A stretch of 64,000 bases of DNA from Azolla caroliniana (Eukaryota > Plantae > Polypodiophyta): the NCBI GenBank assembly GCA_043228905.1, contig JBHGNT010000005.1, forward strand, positions 23,188,001 through 23,252,000, read 5' to 3'. Shown piece after piece: positions 26,583 to 39,955 of the stretch; the stretch's first letter is position 1, and every line of letters begins with the position of its first letter. The notes under the pieces are model-generated. The model had not been told where the DNA came from, ran no database searches, and worked only from the letters and a program-made list of their open reading frames with translations. The position numbers were made by a program, and so were the translations under genes.

Positions 26583-28629
26583 TTTTGCATCACAACTTCA
26601 ATGATTGCAACAATAATTAGTGAGTCGTGTGAGGTTTAACCTACCATAATACTCCATTTCATGTTAATAGTTTGTTTAAAACTAATTTTTATCTACTAGG
26701 TGTTGTTGAAGTGCAAAGAAAAACGAGGAAATCTAAATGAGCTATTTTCATACCAAAGGCAATGATGAAATTTGAATGTTACCTCCTTGGCAAGGTAAAT
26801 TGGGTTCTACAAGAGAACATTCTAAAGAAATGAATCATGCCATTCTTATTGATGATGATGGTAAATGTTTGTGGCTGTAAGTGGTGTCATTAGCTAACCA
26901 CTCTTCAAGGGTCACTTGTAATCCACATGGATGTGATGGTTTAATTCGTAACAATGGTGGTAGTCACTAATTGACAATAGGTAGCATTTATGAACTATGA
27001 CTATGACCCATGACTTGATTCGACTTTGTTTGGTGAAAATCACTTAATTCACTTAATAGACCATAGCTAAAATCCCTTAGGCACAAAAGAAAAGTTGGCA
27101 CCAATAAATAAATAAAAGATAATTTATTTATATGTAAAAGACACAATGGTGCAAGTGTGCATAAGACTAATATTGGATGATTAGGAGCATGACTCTACTG
27201 ATGATGATTGTATGAGGAGTGAGACTCTACTATGATGTTAAGATGAGGCTAATGCTAAACTAATAGGTTTTACATGTACTTTAATTATTGACTAGCTTTT
27301 GACTTACCACTATTTGATTCTCCACAATCATTTTCCTCTCTTCTTACATAAGGGGAGAGAAGAGTAACGACCATATTGTCATGCTTGCATGTATAATGAT
27401 AAAGTCCGTTCGATTCCTTAAAGTATAAGCTTACATGCCATTAAGTACTTGACTCCGATTGTTAGAATATACCAAACGCTCATTAATTAAAGTGTATTCT
27501 AGTAACCCTCGGCCCCTTTATAAGTATCAATGTTCTAGTTAGACATTAAGATTAGTTATATAATTACAAGTTCGTCAAATGTTCAACAACATGGCATGTA
27601 CGTTTTCGTGAAACCGAGATTCCACGATATCAAAACAATGTTAAAAATCTTGGGAAAGATATTTTCCGTCTGGAGCTTGCAACAAGGAATGTGTATGATT
27701 TTACAGTTCGTGAATTGGAGTTCGGAATCCCAAGATACAGCCTCCGGAAGAATCAATGCTAGTTTCAAGATTACTACGGACAAAAATATAAGTATATAAA
27801 AAAGGGGGAGTTTGATATAAAATAAGGACAATTTTGTATTTTTTATATTTTTGAATTTATAAAAAATTATTATAAAAAAAAAAACAACCTTCCATGCATG
27901 AGGTGGTTTGTAAACTGCCTCAAGGAAGGTGGTTGGGCGGTTGACCCCCTTATAAAAGCATGGTTGAAGTGAAGGGAGAGGAGAATAGAGGAAAGTGAGT
28001 GAAGGAGCTCATGAGGGTAGAGAAGGTGCAGGAGGGGAAGGTAGTAGAGGCTCTACATGATTGTTGCTCTACATTGAGGTGTGTGTCATGGTCTTGCTCT
28101 ACATGATTGTTGGTTTACGTGGACAAGGTGATAGTTTGGTGGTAGTTGTAATATGTTTGGGTGGGTGGTTGATGCATCGGGGTTTCAAGGGTGTATTTGT
28201 CTCTAAATTGATGAGGAGTGGTTCAACTTTCTCATTCAAGCTAGGCTCAATGCATACCTTGATTTCCATAGGTCTTATGCAAGATGTTCAGTGTCTAAGT
28301 TTTGACCAAGCTTGATGTAGAAAATTTCCTATATCTTGCCTTGATCTCTAGTTGGAGCTTGGCTACTTCATTGATATCTAGGAAGTAGACCACTTTTTCA
28401 ACCATTTGACAATTGTCGTGGTCAACATGGAAAGGATTCAATCACCCAATCCTTTAGAGTACAAAGAAACAATATGTGTGATCCACAATCATAGTGATAT
28501 GGTAGGAGGTGATGTGTGCATAAGGTAGCTAATGCAAGTTTTCTAAGCTTGTTAATGACAACATGCTTCTCTCATAGAGACATTGTTGCGAAGTTATGCA
28601 CGTGCGTGTGAAATTTGAACGGGACCATC

Positions 28630-28900
28630 GGAGACTTGAACTGAGGAGGATGCTAAGACTATGAGGGTCTGGACATTTTGAGACTCGAAGGCTCATCGGA
28701 ATCGAAAGATCTTGGGAATCGAAAGCTCTTCAAACTCGAATGCTTGTCGGACTCAAGGGTTCCTTAGAGTCAAAGGATCACCAGAGTTGAAGCCTCCTCA
28801 GACTCAGAGGCTTGCCAAAGTCAAAAGCTCCTCATAGTCGAAGGTTCTCCAGACTCGTTGAAGACTCCATAGAGTTGAAACCTCTCTAGAATTGAAGGGA
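28630..28900. repeat. Degenerate ~20-bp minisatellite (GACTCGAAGGCTC-like); it resumes at ~33260-33320 on the other side of the LINE
   Basis: Recurrent GACTCGAAGG/GAATCGAAAG/GAGTTGAA motifs at ~20-bp spacing on both flanks of the LINE. Confidence 0.7.
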
Positions 28901-28907
28901 AGCTAAA

Positions 28908-31900
28908 TTAGAATTAGAATTAGAATTTTTATCGTCCATAAAGAGGCCAATTTTGACCTATGGGACTAGAGTATACATGTGTTCTTGATATGTGTCTCCT
29001 TCCTAAGAAGGGGTATTCATACATTGAAGCACAAAGTCTCTATGTGTGAATAAAGCATACACATATGAGCTCAACCTTCTCGGTGGTCTTGTACGTATGG
29101 CACTTAAGTTATCACTCCCTCTTAGTATGTCAACATATCTTGAACGAATTGCACTATATGTTGAGCATGTGAAGAGCAAGTGACATTCATCCTCTACCAT
29201 GCCTTCATTGCATACTTTGCATGTCTTTAAATTAGTTACAGTTTGATACCATGATGCAACTTTAATGCCTAACTTGTGAGATCGAGTGCAAAGTAGTGTA
29301 AGGGCTCTACAAGCATTACTACTCATATTGGTAATGAGATAAGGTTGGATACGATCAATAGGCATTCTTGCTTTATATTGAGACCAACATTGCGGGTTGA
29401 CATTTGTAATGTAGTATTCTAGCTTTGTCCTCTTCGCATCTTCCCACTTCATCCTTAATGATTCCACCAACCTTTCCTCAATCATTACATATTGCATAAC
29501 ATTGCCTGAAAGCTCTAAAAGATAATCCAAACCCCATCTTCTAAACCATTTCCTTATGTCAACAACCCATCCGGATGAGAGAATCTTACTTTTATGATTC
29601 TTTTGTAGCTTACATCCAACATTCCAAGAAAGATGTGGTAATCGATGATTCGACATATTCTTGACTTTTGTAATGTATTTATATACTTTTTGGAGTGCCA
29701 ATAGTTCTATGGGTCGAACACCTGTTTCCAAGAGCATAACCTGGTAAGAGGTAGCGCATTTAACTCCTAATTGCCTCCTTAAAGACATCTTTTGAATTTT
29801 CTCAATCTCATTCCATGCATTAAGAGAGATGGTGCCACCCCATACTTCTACTCCATAAAGCAATACTTGAGTTACCATGGCATTGAACAACATTAGTTTT
29901 ACTTCCCATCCACAAGTATCACTTTGGTTGCTTTGGTTCTCCAAAAGGTAATACGATTTCCAACAGGCTTGGAGCCTGGAATCAAAGCATGCACTCCATT
30001 GATTTGTGGCAGGCAGGTACATCAATACCAAGATATTTAAAGCTTTGAACAAATTGTATATGTTCACCTTTATATGTCAGCATAGGGTAATGATGAGGTT
30101 GGATGGTTTGCACTACCATCATTTTTGTTTTCTCCACATTCACTGCTAGTCCACTACTATGACAAAATTCTTCTAATACCCCAAGTAAATTTTGCATACA
30201 ATCAACATCATATGAGAAGAGCACCACATCATCAACATATAGAAGCAATAAGATAACATGTTGCATCAATTTGGGAGCATTCAATCCTTCTTCTCTTGCA
30301 ACCTTATTTACCACCTTTTCTAATTTATCAATACATAAGCCAAAAAGTGTGGGTGATAGTGGACATCCTTGCTTGACCCCCATGTTACTTAAAAAGTACT
30401 TTGAGAATCCAGTATCCATTTTTAGTTGGCATTTAACTTGTTCATATAGGCGTGCAATAACAACTTGGTACTCTAATGGCATATCAATCTCTACCATTCT
30501 ATTCCAGAGCTCACTTTGTGGTACAGTATCAAAAGCTTTCTTTCCTTGTAGTCGACTGTCTTCCATGAGTACTCTCAATGTGACCAAATGATCCACAGTG
30601 GAGTGTTTTGGTCTAAATCCTGCTTGCCCAAGTGTTGTTTTGCTTGTACTTTCAGTCCATGTGCTTATCTTTTGCTCCATAATAGTGCTATATAATTTAG
30701 CAATAGTTGAGCTCACCATTATTGTACGATAATTTGATACTTGATTCTTATCTCTGGCTTTAAATATTGGTTTAATCCAATTCATAAGCCAATCATTTGG
30801 AAATCCTTGTTTTATAGCTTGATCTATAATTGTCATTATCCAATGACGAGTATGTGGCATTGTCCATTTTAAAAGCTCACTTGAGATGTACGTTGCATCC
30901 GCTGCTTTCCCACTCACCATCTTCTTTATTCCCTTATTGACATCATCAATATCGGTACATGTAGTGCACGGTGTTTCAATTTTCTCAACCATAGGAGCCA
31001 CACCTTCATGCATATATAACCTTTGTACATAGTCTAACATCTCTTCATTTGTAAAGTGGCCTTTCACATATTCTTTCTTACCCTTGAGTTGTCCCCATGC
31101 TAATTTTGGTTTGAGCTTAAACAAGTTTTTCTTTTTCATCTCTTGCATTTGGAAATATCTTCTTTTCTTTCTCCTCACTACTTTCTTATACAGGTGTCAT
31201 GCAACAATCTTTTCATTTTCCCCCTCAATGGACTTAAACCATTTGAGATACATCTTACATTCATCGTCGAACCAAGAATTATATGGAAAACTACACATCT
31301 TATGCCCACCCATATGCCTCTTAAAGTATTGATACCCAACCTTAAGGATGATATCCTTCAAATGTCGCCAATTTTCTTTAACATCGTTGCTTAGAGAAAA
31401 ATTTAACAAATGGTACATCTTAGCTTTTTCGTAGCAAGGTCGGATGATACATCTTTTTTCATCTTTCACTCCATGGCATTTATTGGTGAAATGTGGAATT
31501 GCAAGCTCTAGGTACAATGGCTTGTGGTCTGAGTCCGGAGATAGAGAACCAACTTTAAACACATTCACCAATGATAGATCACATGCCAACATTAATGCGT
31601 AATCAACCACACTTCCTCCACACGAGGATGGTAAACATGTGAGCACATTTGTCAATGGGAATGCCTTTATACCATTTAGGATAATCAAGTTTGTACAATT
31701 TAACATATGTATCAAAAGTTTTCCATAATTAGACATGACACAATCCTCTGAGTCACGCAATAAACAATGTTCTACTACATTTTCTTCAAATGTCTCCACA
31801 TTTTGGAAAATTCCAACTCTTGCATTGAAGTTTCCCATAATTAAAACTTTACCAAGATTCTCAAATGAAAGTATATCATGGCATAATTTTGTAAAAGGAT

Positions 31901-33260
31901 CATCAGAATCTAACCCAAACCTACTATAGTAGTTTGAGTCTTTGTGAGGAATGTAACATGCAACTATATACAACTTCTCTTTCCCCAAATTAACCTCTAT
32001 CCATATGTATCTCTTATAGTCATCATATTTGCATACTTTGATACAATTATCTAAGCTCTCATGGTAGATACATGCTATCTCGGCACACCCAATATTCCCT
32101 TTGGAGTGAGGCCATATCGATTTTATGAGGTAATCATCTATCTTAGGTATACATTTTGCCTCATGCTCCCATGTTTCGGCCAAAAATATAATATTCATAC
32201 CTTGAGCTACATCATTGAGTCCTAAACCCTTATTCCATGGATATCCTCGACAATTCCAAAACATTACTTTCAATCGTGAATCACTTATAGTTCCATAGGT
32301 CATTGCTTGCTATGCCTTTTGATTTGCTTTCCTAGATGCATATGCTTGCCTTCTATGTTCTTGCTCTTGTGGAGTTCTATCCTCCGTTACAAAAAAACTT
32401 GTCCCTTTTAAGTACACCTTACTACTATCTAGAATCATTGCCCTTTTACGTTCATCAAGGATTGTACAAACAATAGCTCGAGATAACTTTCCCTCTAGTT
32501 TCTTTTTGCCAACCCTATGTGTGGCATATACAATAACATCTCGCATAGCAAAGTGATCTTCAAAGAATTTCGTAATATTCTCTCCAAGAGATAATACATT
32601 CTCTGTTTCATTCTCTTACATACCTCTAATGACAATATTATTCTTTCTTCTTTCGATTTTATATTGCTCCTTTGCATCTAACACATCCATGGTATTAGAA
32701 TGCCTTTGCGTGATTTTAGGTGTTTCTTTCAAGAGAACATCTTTCCACCTTGTCATGATCATATCTTCCTTCCCTTCAATTGTAGATTTTATTTTGGCAT
32801 TTGCCTTCACCAAAATCTCTTTTTCTACTTCAACACTCAACATTTTTCTTTCTATTTCAGGCATTTGATTATCTTGCATTTGAATAGTCATGTTCTTCAT
32901 TGCATGTAGTTCTTCACGCAAAGCTTTAATCTCTAACTTTTGCATTTCCATTGTCTGTTGAAGAGTTAATTCTCTCTCCTTATAACCATACATTTCGCTT
33001 TGCATATGTATCACTATTTCTTGCAATGAGATATACATAATTGTCATCTTTTCCATTGACAAAGTATACATTTGATTGTTTGGGCTTTCAATCACATCAT
33101 CATTGACTTTTAGTCCTCTTGGCATATTTACTATTAATAAAATGAAAGAAGAAGTAGAATGTACCTTTCAATCGATTTAGGGTTTCAAAATCTACCTTGA
33201 GTTTGAAGAACCGCAGGGCAAAGAGGGATGCAAATGAAAATGCTCATAACTTCCAAAGGA
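28908..33260 (-). mobile_element. Near full-length, frameshifted non-LTR retrotransposon (LINE; RTEX/CR1-group-like architecture). ORF1 ~33125-32310, ORF2 ~32303-29003
   Basis: Coiled-coil ORF1 with RRKNNIVIRG; APE endonuclease (FWNCRG, LAETW, GNFNAR, SVVDY, SDHKP); RT (QAGFRP, GVKQGCPLSP, YVDD, FKYLG); C-terminal CKVC-EDECHLLFTC; 3' tail (TTCTAA)3 at 28908-28925; 5' boundary approximate. Confidence 0.9.
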
Positions 33261-34224
33261 GACTCGAAGATAAGGAGAGTCAAAGGTAAGGTGGACTCGA
33301 AGGCTCTTTAGACTCAAAGCATCTTCTTTGTCTGCTTTCACCAAAATTCGTGTAACTTTATCTCCCAAGCTCGGAATTTTGAGTTAAAAATCCCGATATG
33401 ATCCTTGTGGCGAAGCCTTCATATAAATACTCAAACAAGGATTTACAGAAACAAGAGAAAAATATATTGCATTAAATTTTTGTAAGCATGAGTAAGTTGA
33501 TGAGGGTGGATATACGTGAATGAGAAAATGTCTTGACTCCGTTACATAGAGTGAACAAGCAATAGAAGAAAGATAGAAAGAAGATGGGAATAAATGGAAA
33601 GGATAATATCACAAGTAGGGCCTTGGGGGATATCCTCGAGTTTCAGTAAAGACATTTCAACAAACGATGAGCATGTCGCCTTTTGTCATTGTTGATCTGG
33701 TAGGCCCTCTTGATTCACAACCCCAACTTTCTCTTTTCGGATTTCGACAACACTTTCGCGTCTTTAACTTTCTCCTTCTCCCCAAAAAAGTAGCTCTCTT
33801 CACCTTTTATAGGATTTGAGGGACTCTCTCCCAAATAAAAGTGCGTGTTTTAATTTTTGCATTTTTGCATGCACCAAATTTGTTTTCTTTTTTCTTGCAT
33901 GCCCTACCTTTCCTTTTGGCATGATGTTAAATTTGAACATGGGCTCATTCTTATAGGCCTTGAATATATGCAACTTTATGGAAATGTGTATGTGCATATG
34001 AATTGTGAGCAAAAACATTGGGGGCTTGAACGATGGTAGTTGAAGATGTCTTTAGAGTTTGTTGAAGTCGAATGTCCAAGATGGTGCAAAGGTGTGAACC
34101 CAATTATTTCTCCATTCAATATACGTGAGAAAGAAATAAGAAGAACGAAAGATATATTAACATCTTCTAAGACCAAAATTTTCCCATGAGATAAATTATT
34201 ACAATAACGAGATGTGTATAGAAT

Positions 34225-35367
34225 TGTGGTGTACCTTTTTGCCACCTTTTTAGCAAGCATGTCTGCATGCATTAGTTGGTAGGAAAACCAACCCAAATGG
34301 GTATCTCTGTATCAACTATTAATTAAGCAGGAAGTAAGAAGCAAGACAGTCTAGTTCAAATCCTCTCTATGTGCATTTCACATACTGGGGTACAATCTCA
34401 GTCGATACTCCGTCGCTTCGTTCATGGCCTCCCAACTTTTACACAAGGTAAATTTTCAACATGGTTGCCCCCTCCAACTCTTATTTGATCAAGGTCCCCA
34501 GTTCAACAGGGATGTACTCAAAGCCGTTGCAACTCAACTAGACGTCCAACAGGTATTTATGTCCGCACACCACCCACAAATGAATGGCCTCACCAAACGC
34601 CTTAGCAAAACCCTTAGGAAAGAGATTGTCACTTCCATCCATCCACTCCACGAAACCTAGGATCAAATCTTGTCATTTGTGACCCATGCCTACAACACGT
34701 TCGTACAAGCGTAAACTAGGATCAACCCCTTTCAAGCACTCTATGGGCGTGACCCTCGCCTCCCACTAGAGTTGTCCATCAACGTTCATTATAGACTAGC
34801 CCATATGGATGGTGCCACTTGGGGGATCTATCTCCAACAAATGCTCCCACTACTTCGACGAGCCAACTCCCGAAACTTGCAGGTCGCATAACAACGCCAA
34901 AAGCAGCATTGTGACATGGGTCAAATCACCTCGCCTTATTCTGTGGGAAACAAAGTCCTTGTTTACTTCCCAATCCATCGACGCGGTCTCAACGAATGTC
35001 TCATGCACCCCTGGATCGGCTTGTTCACCATAGTTCACGCCATCATATCCACTACTACCTACTTTGACACGATTCCAACGGCCGAGTCACCTCTGTCCAC
35101 ATTGCTCGCATCAAACTCTATGCCACCCTGGGCCCATCTATTGGCACCCTCCTTTAACAGTGTCGTAAAACTCCTTGTTTCTCTCATGGGGGAAATGTGG
35201 TGTACCTTTGTGCCACCTTTTGAGCAAGTGCAAGGCTTCATGTTGTGGTGCACCTTTGTTCCTATGTGCCATCTTTTTAGCAAGTATGTATGCATGCATT
35301 AGTTGGTAGCCAAACCAACCCAAATGGGTATCTCTGTACCAACTCCTCTCTATGTGCATTTCCCCCA
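34225..35367 (+). mobile_element. Small internally deleted Ty3/Gypsy element with two short LTRs (~34225-34382, ~35196-35367) and only a decayed integrase fragment
   Basis: Direct repeats TGTGGTGTACC...CAACCCAAATGGGTATCTCTGTA...TATGTGCATTTC; PPT-like GGGGGAAA before the right LTR; integrase remnants HGCP..LLFDQGPQF, AHHPQMNGLTKR, ALYGRDPRLP. Confidence 0.75.
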
Positions 35368-35469
35368 ATCATTGAAAATAAAATTAAGAAAACATAATTA
35401 AATTTGTTATAACGTGGCACAAAAGTGTGATGGGGTGTAGCATATTCTATAAAATCCAAATTACAAACT

Positions 35470-35549
35470 TGTCAAGAGTGGGATTTGAACCCATGCCCTT
35501 TCGGACCAATACCTAAAACTGGCACCTTAGACCACTCGACCATCTTGAC
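35470..35549 (-). tRNA. tRNA-Leu of the CAG family with anticodon now TAG; likely a pseudogene
   Basis: GTCAAGATGGTCGAGTGGTCTAAGGTGCCAGTTTTAGGTATTGGTCCGAAAGGGCATGGGTTCAAATCCCACTCTTGACA folds as a cloverleaf with a long variable arm; several C>T changes versus the recalled plant Leu(CAG) sequence. Confidence 0.85.
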
Positions 35550-36129
35550 TTTAAGAAATATACTTAAGACTATAGTTTCTTAAGAACTATACTTTATTAT
35601 CTAACAATGGCCAATCCCCAATGGGCTTGTAATTAGGAATTGGCAACGGTTCGGTTTTTGTAATTAGTATCTAATGCACATCTTTGCCTTCGAAGTGCAT
35701 GAAGTCAACCAAAACCTATCAAGCATTGTGATTCAAGATGGAATGGATTCAACTATTCTCAACACTTGATTAGATATTGTAAGCATTTGCTACTAGCTTA
35801 TTGTTGAACTTCAAGAGTGATCTTCTTAGATGGTGAGTCGATTGAGTCCATATCCATGGATATATGATTATTACAATGTGACAATAAATGAGTAAATGCA
35901 AGCATTGCTATTAAGAGGGTTAGGCACTTTGAGCCACTCATGTAGTTACAAATTATAGCAACACAAATAACCATTATTACATACTTCGTATATGATTCCA
36001 ATATTCTATTGTGATTATATGATCAATAAACTCATGAGTAATAGCCTTGTCATTTATGATACAACTCAAGACATCTCTTGACTTTATGTATTGTCAGTAT
36101 ATCATTAGAGTTTAATTCGACTAGGCTAG

Positions 36130-37686
36130 TCATCCATAGTCACTCCGGATCGCGTCTCCCGAATTTTGAATCTGATTTGGGTTGTGTTCAAACTCGGCTA
36201 AAACGAATTCGGGTGAGCTAGTCTGTTGCACCCAACCATTGTTCGTAGCCAACTCTGAATAATTGGGTGTTTGCAATATTGATTTGGTTACCTGTAGGAG
36301 AGTGGTCTGAGTCGGGTCGTCCTCGATTCCACTCGGATTGCCGGCCACTCTCTTTCCTCTTGATCAACCAACAATCTGAAACATTGTGGCCAAGTTTTTT
36401 GTAGTGTGTGTAGAATTCGCCTGATTGGCCTGTTCTTGATTTCGATCGTTGCCGGTCTCCCCTTGTTTTTGATCAGTTGGTATTCTGACCGGTTTTGTCG
36501 GCTTGTTCTCTCATTCGACTCTATCGGTCGAATGACTCGGTCAAGTGATGGGCTTCTGCCGATTCATTGATGGTAAGTCCCATCGATTTTCGTCGAATGT
36601 CCTCGGTGAGGACTTGGCTGATCGTCTCATCCAGATTTAGGATCGGTCGGCTATTGGCGTATGTCATGTAGAATACCTCCCAGCTCGCCGGCAAGCTCGA
36701 TAGGAGGGCAAGGGCTTTCACTTCTTCTTCGAAGTTGATCCCTTATGAGGAGAGTTCTGACAACACCCAATTGAAGGTGTTGATGTGGGAGGTAGCCAGA
36801 TCAGACTCTCTCATCTTCATGTTGAACATTTGTTTTATCAAAATCAGTTTTGAAGATGAGAACTTTTTCTCTTACACGGCTTGTAGTTTCTCCCACAGTG
36901 AGAATGTTGTTGTCTCTTTTGCCATATTGAAGTAGATGTTTTCGGCCAAATGCATTTGGATGGTGGAGTGTATGATTTTGTTTGTAGATCTCCACTCTTT
37001 GGCTATCATCGAGGAAGGTTTTTCATTGTGTCGAATGGCTTCGACTTGTCTTGTGATGATCAACACGTCCTGCATCATCTCCTTCCAAAGGGCAACATTT
37101 TTGCCATCGAATTTTTTGATTTCATCTCCTGATTTGGATGTTGGAGCCATGTTCTTCTTTGAATGTGAAATTTTATTGACCTGGTCTTTTTCCTTTCAAC
37201 CTTTTTTTGTTGTCTGTTGCCGCCGAGTAGCAAGTCGGCTCTGATACCAATTGTTGTGGATATGTATGCGGAAACGTATGTGAGAACCTGTAGATTCGTA
37301 TTCGACAAACAACATAGAAGAATTGGACAGAAAGTAGACACGATTTCCACTTTAATGGAAGCTTTGATTATTGTTACGTTTTCTCTCACTCACTCTCTTA
37401 GAGACTCAATGTACAAGATGATCAAGAGACCCTCTTTACAATGTTAGGTTATCGCTTATATACTAAGCCCTAACTCTTTAGACGAGTTCACACTATGATA
37501 CAAAGTGGAAGGAGTCAGCCTTTTATGCCAACATCATTCAGTGCTTCTTAACTTTGCACTCTCTGTTCACTCACCTTCTCACGCGCTCTTGCTATTTTCT
37601 ATCTTCTTCACTTCATGCAGATAATAATCTCACTACTATACATACATACATACATACATACATACATACATACATACATACATACA

Positions 37687-37722
<36 letters not shown>

Positions 37723-37815
37723 TATTCGACCATTCGGCCGACTCTTGTTTGGCCTCTCGGCCGATTTCGGCTTTTCAGCCGTCTCCCCCATCAAGAGGGA
37801 TAGTCTTTCATAACA
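36130..37815 (-). mobile_element. Ty1/Copia 5' half: LTR ~37252-37815, tRNA-iMet PBS 37238-37249, broken gag
   Basis: PBS TGGTATCAGAGC; gag IKKFDGKNVALWKEMMQDVL, ALALLSSLPASWE; LTR ends TGTTG...TAACA. Confidence 0.85.
37638..37724. repeat. (TACA)n microsatellite followed by (TA)n
   Basis: About 19 perfect TACA units. Confidence 0.97.
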
Positions 37816-38289
37816 CTTACATGGTATCTTGAGCATCTGAATCTCAATGTTGCAGTCTTCTACTGCCAAAACTTAAGCACATATTACTTAAGATAAGCAC
37901 AATACTATGTAGGAAAAGAAAAAGAGAGATAGAAGAAGAGAAAAGAGAGAGTGAGTGAAGAAACAAAAAGATTGTATTATATTTTCGCGTTAACTATTAC
38001 ATATGATGTTGATGGCTTTATAAGACCACCACCGAAGGGGTTTCCTTCTCATAAGAAAGTAATAAAGAGAGAGAGTGTGTGTAAGTGAAGGAATAAAAGA
38101 TTGTATTATATTTTCGCCCTAGCTGTTACATATGATGGTGATGGATTTAGTACTAACCGTGACTTGGGCAAAGAACACATTGCTAACTTGCTTAGAGGGA
38201 ATGGAACCACTAATGGGTTGCACAAATCTAGGGTTGTCCAACCAAACGGCTCCTATTTTGGCTGGACTCTTCTTCTAATTGACTAAGGA

Positions 38290-39603
38290 TTTCAAATTTG
38301 TTTGAGATACTTGGGTTATCAGTACTATTACTACCATCAGACACTCCTAAGGGAATTGACTCGGGTTTAGTACAGGCTACGATTTAATTTACTTGTCTTC
38401 TTGGCCTATGGGGACAATTGATTGCAATATGCCCTGGTCCACCGCATTAAAGACATAATCGATTTGCACGTCGTCGTTGCTTTTCTTCTTCCGATAACCG
38501 GCCACGTCAACACATCGTGTCGATCTCCATCGGCGTCAGAGTATTTGCCTGTGATACATCTCGTGCAAACGGTTTAGCTGCGAATGAGGCGTATATGGGC
38601 TCCGGCCTAGTTCGAGGCATTTGAAATTGACATTCCAAATGTTGTTCGAAAAGGTGGTTGTCACGTCGGACCGCTCAACTGATTGCCTCTGTAAGAGATT
38701 TTGGTTCTGAGGGGAAGGTTAAAAGTAAATCTTTGACATCGTTTTGCAGGCCGTAGCGAAACTGCTCTAGTAGTGCTTGATCATCCCAAGGGATATCTGA
38801 GGCGAGTAGACAGAAATCCGCCACGTATGCAGAGGCTAGATGATTGCCTTGACGGAATCGTCGGATTTTGTTGATCCCCGTCTTGATGCTGTTGGTATCT
38901 CCAAAGCAGGCTTTAAACTCGCTAATAAAGTCTTCAAAATTATGAAGCAAGGGAGATCGCTTTTCGAAAAGTGGAGCGAACCATGCCAAGGCTGAGTCGC
39001 TAAGCAACGTGCCTATTAGGCCTACTCGGGATGCATCACTGGGGTATCGGGAAGGATGCATTTGAATGACTAAGCATACCTTATTAAGGAATACTTTGAA
39101 TTGTGATCGTGTTCCATTGAATTTCACAGGAAGTCCAATCTTGGGCTCTTTATGAAGTCCTTGGGAACTTGATCCTTGTTGTTGCAACACTACGATAGTT
39201 GCTTTGAGTTGTTGCACACGTAACACTAACTCCCCATGTTGCTGATGCAACTCCCTATGTTGTTGTTGCGTCTGCTGTTTTTCTAAAGCAATTTGTTGAA
39301 GATCCCCTAACAATCGTTGGTTTTCTTGTTCCAATACAACGAATTTTAATTTTAGACACTATAGCTCGGAAAAAACGGATTGATATTCTTGGGTGCTAAC
39401 AGTAGCCATAGTATTGGAAAAAAGAGGGGTAAGAGGATGAAGGAAACTGAAAAGAAGAACAGAAAGAGAAAATTGGTTCAAACTGTCAAGATTAGTACTA
39501 AAACAGAGAGAGTATTAGTACTAGAAAAGGGAAGTACTATGAGGACTAGTACTAAAACGATGGGACTGCATAAGACTCACGAGAGGGGAAGAGAGAAAAG
39601 GAG

Positions 39604-39662
<59 letters not shown>

Positions 39663-39955
39663 TGATAACAGATGATATATTATATGAAGAGTAAGTACAA
39701 AGTAGCTATGAGGCTTAAGATTGGCGTTGAACCAATTTGGTTCGAAATAATGCCTTGTGCTTCCTTTTATAGTGTTCTCAGGAGTAGTCCTGAAGCTTCT
39801 AGAATGTTCCAGAGAAATCTGGAATATACATTAATTTTCTATAGTAAAACTTAAATGAAAATAATATCCTATGTATTACAATAGATAGTGTAATGGTCAA
39901 GAGTTCGACCCATATAACATAAGGTGATGGGTTCGAGTCTTGCCATATCATGACA
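38290..39955 (-). mobile_element. Ty3/Gypsy chromovirus of Tcn1/Tf1-sushi type, 5' part: LTR 39484-39955, self-complementary PBS, gag
   Basis: LTR ends TGTCA...TGACA; PEG10/RTL1-like gag (KEPKIGLPVKFNG, LLSDSALAWF, QFRYGLQNDVKDLL) and knuckle C..CGGPGHIAINC near 38410-38455; no TGG tRNA PBS; (GATA)n(GA)n tract at 39601-39663 inside the LTR. Confidence 0.85.
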
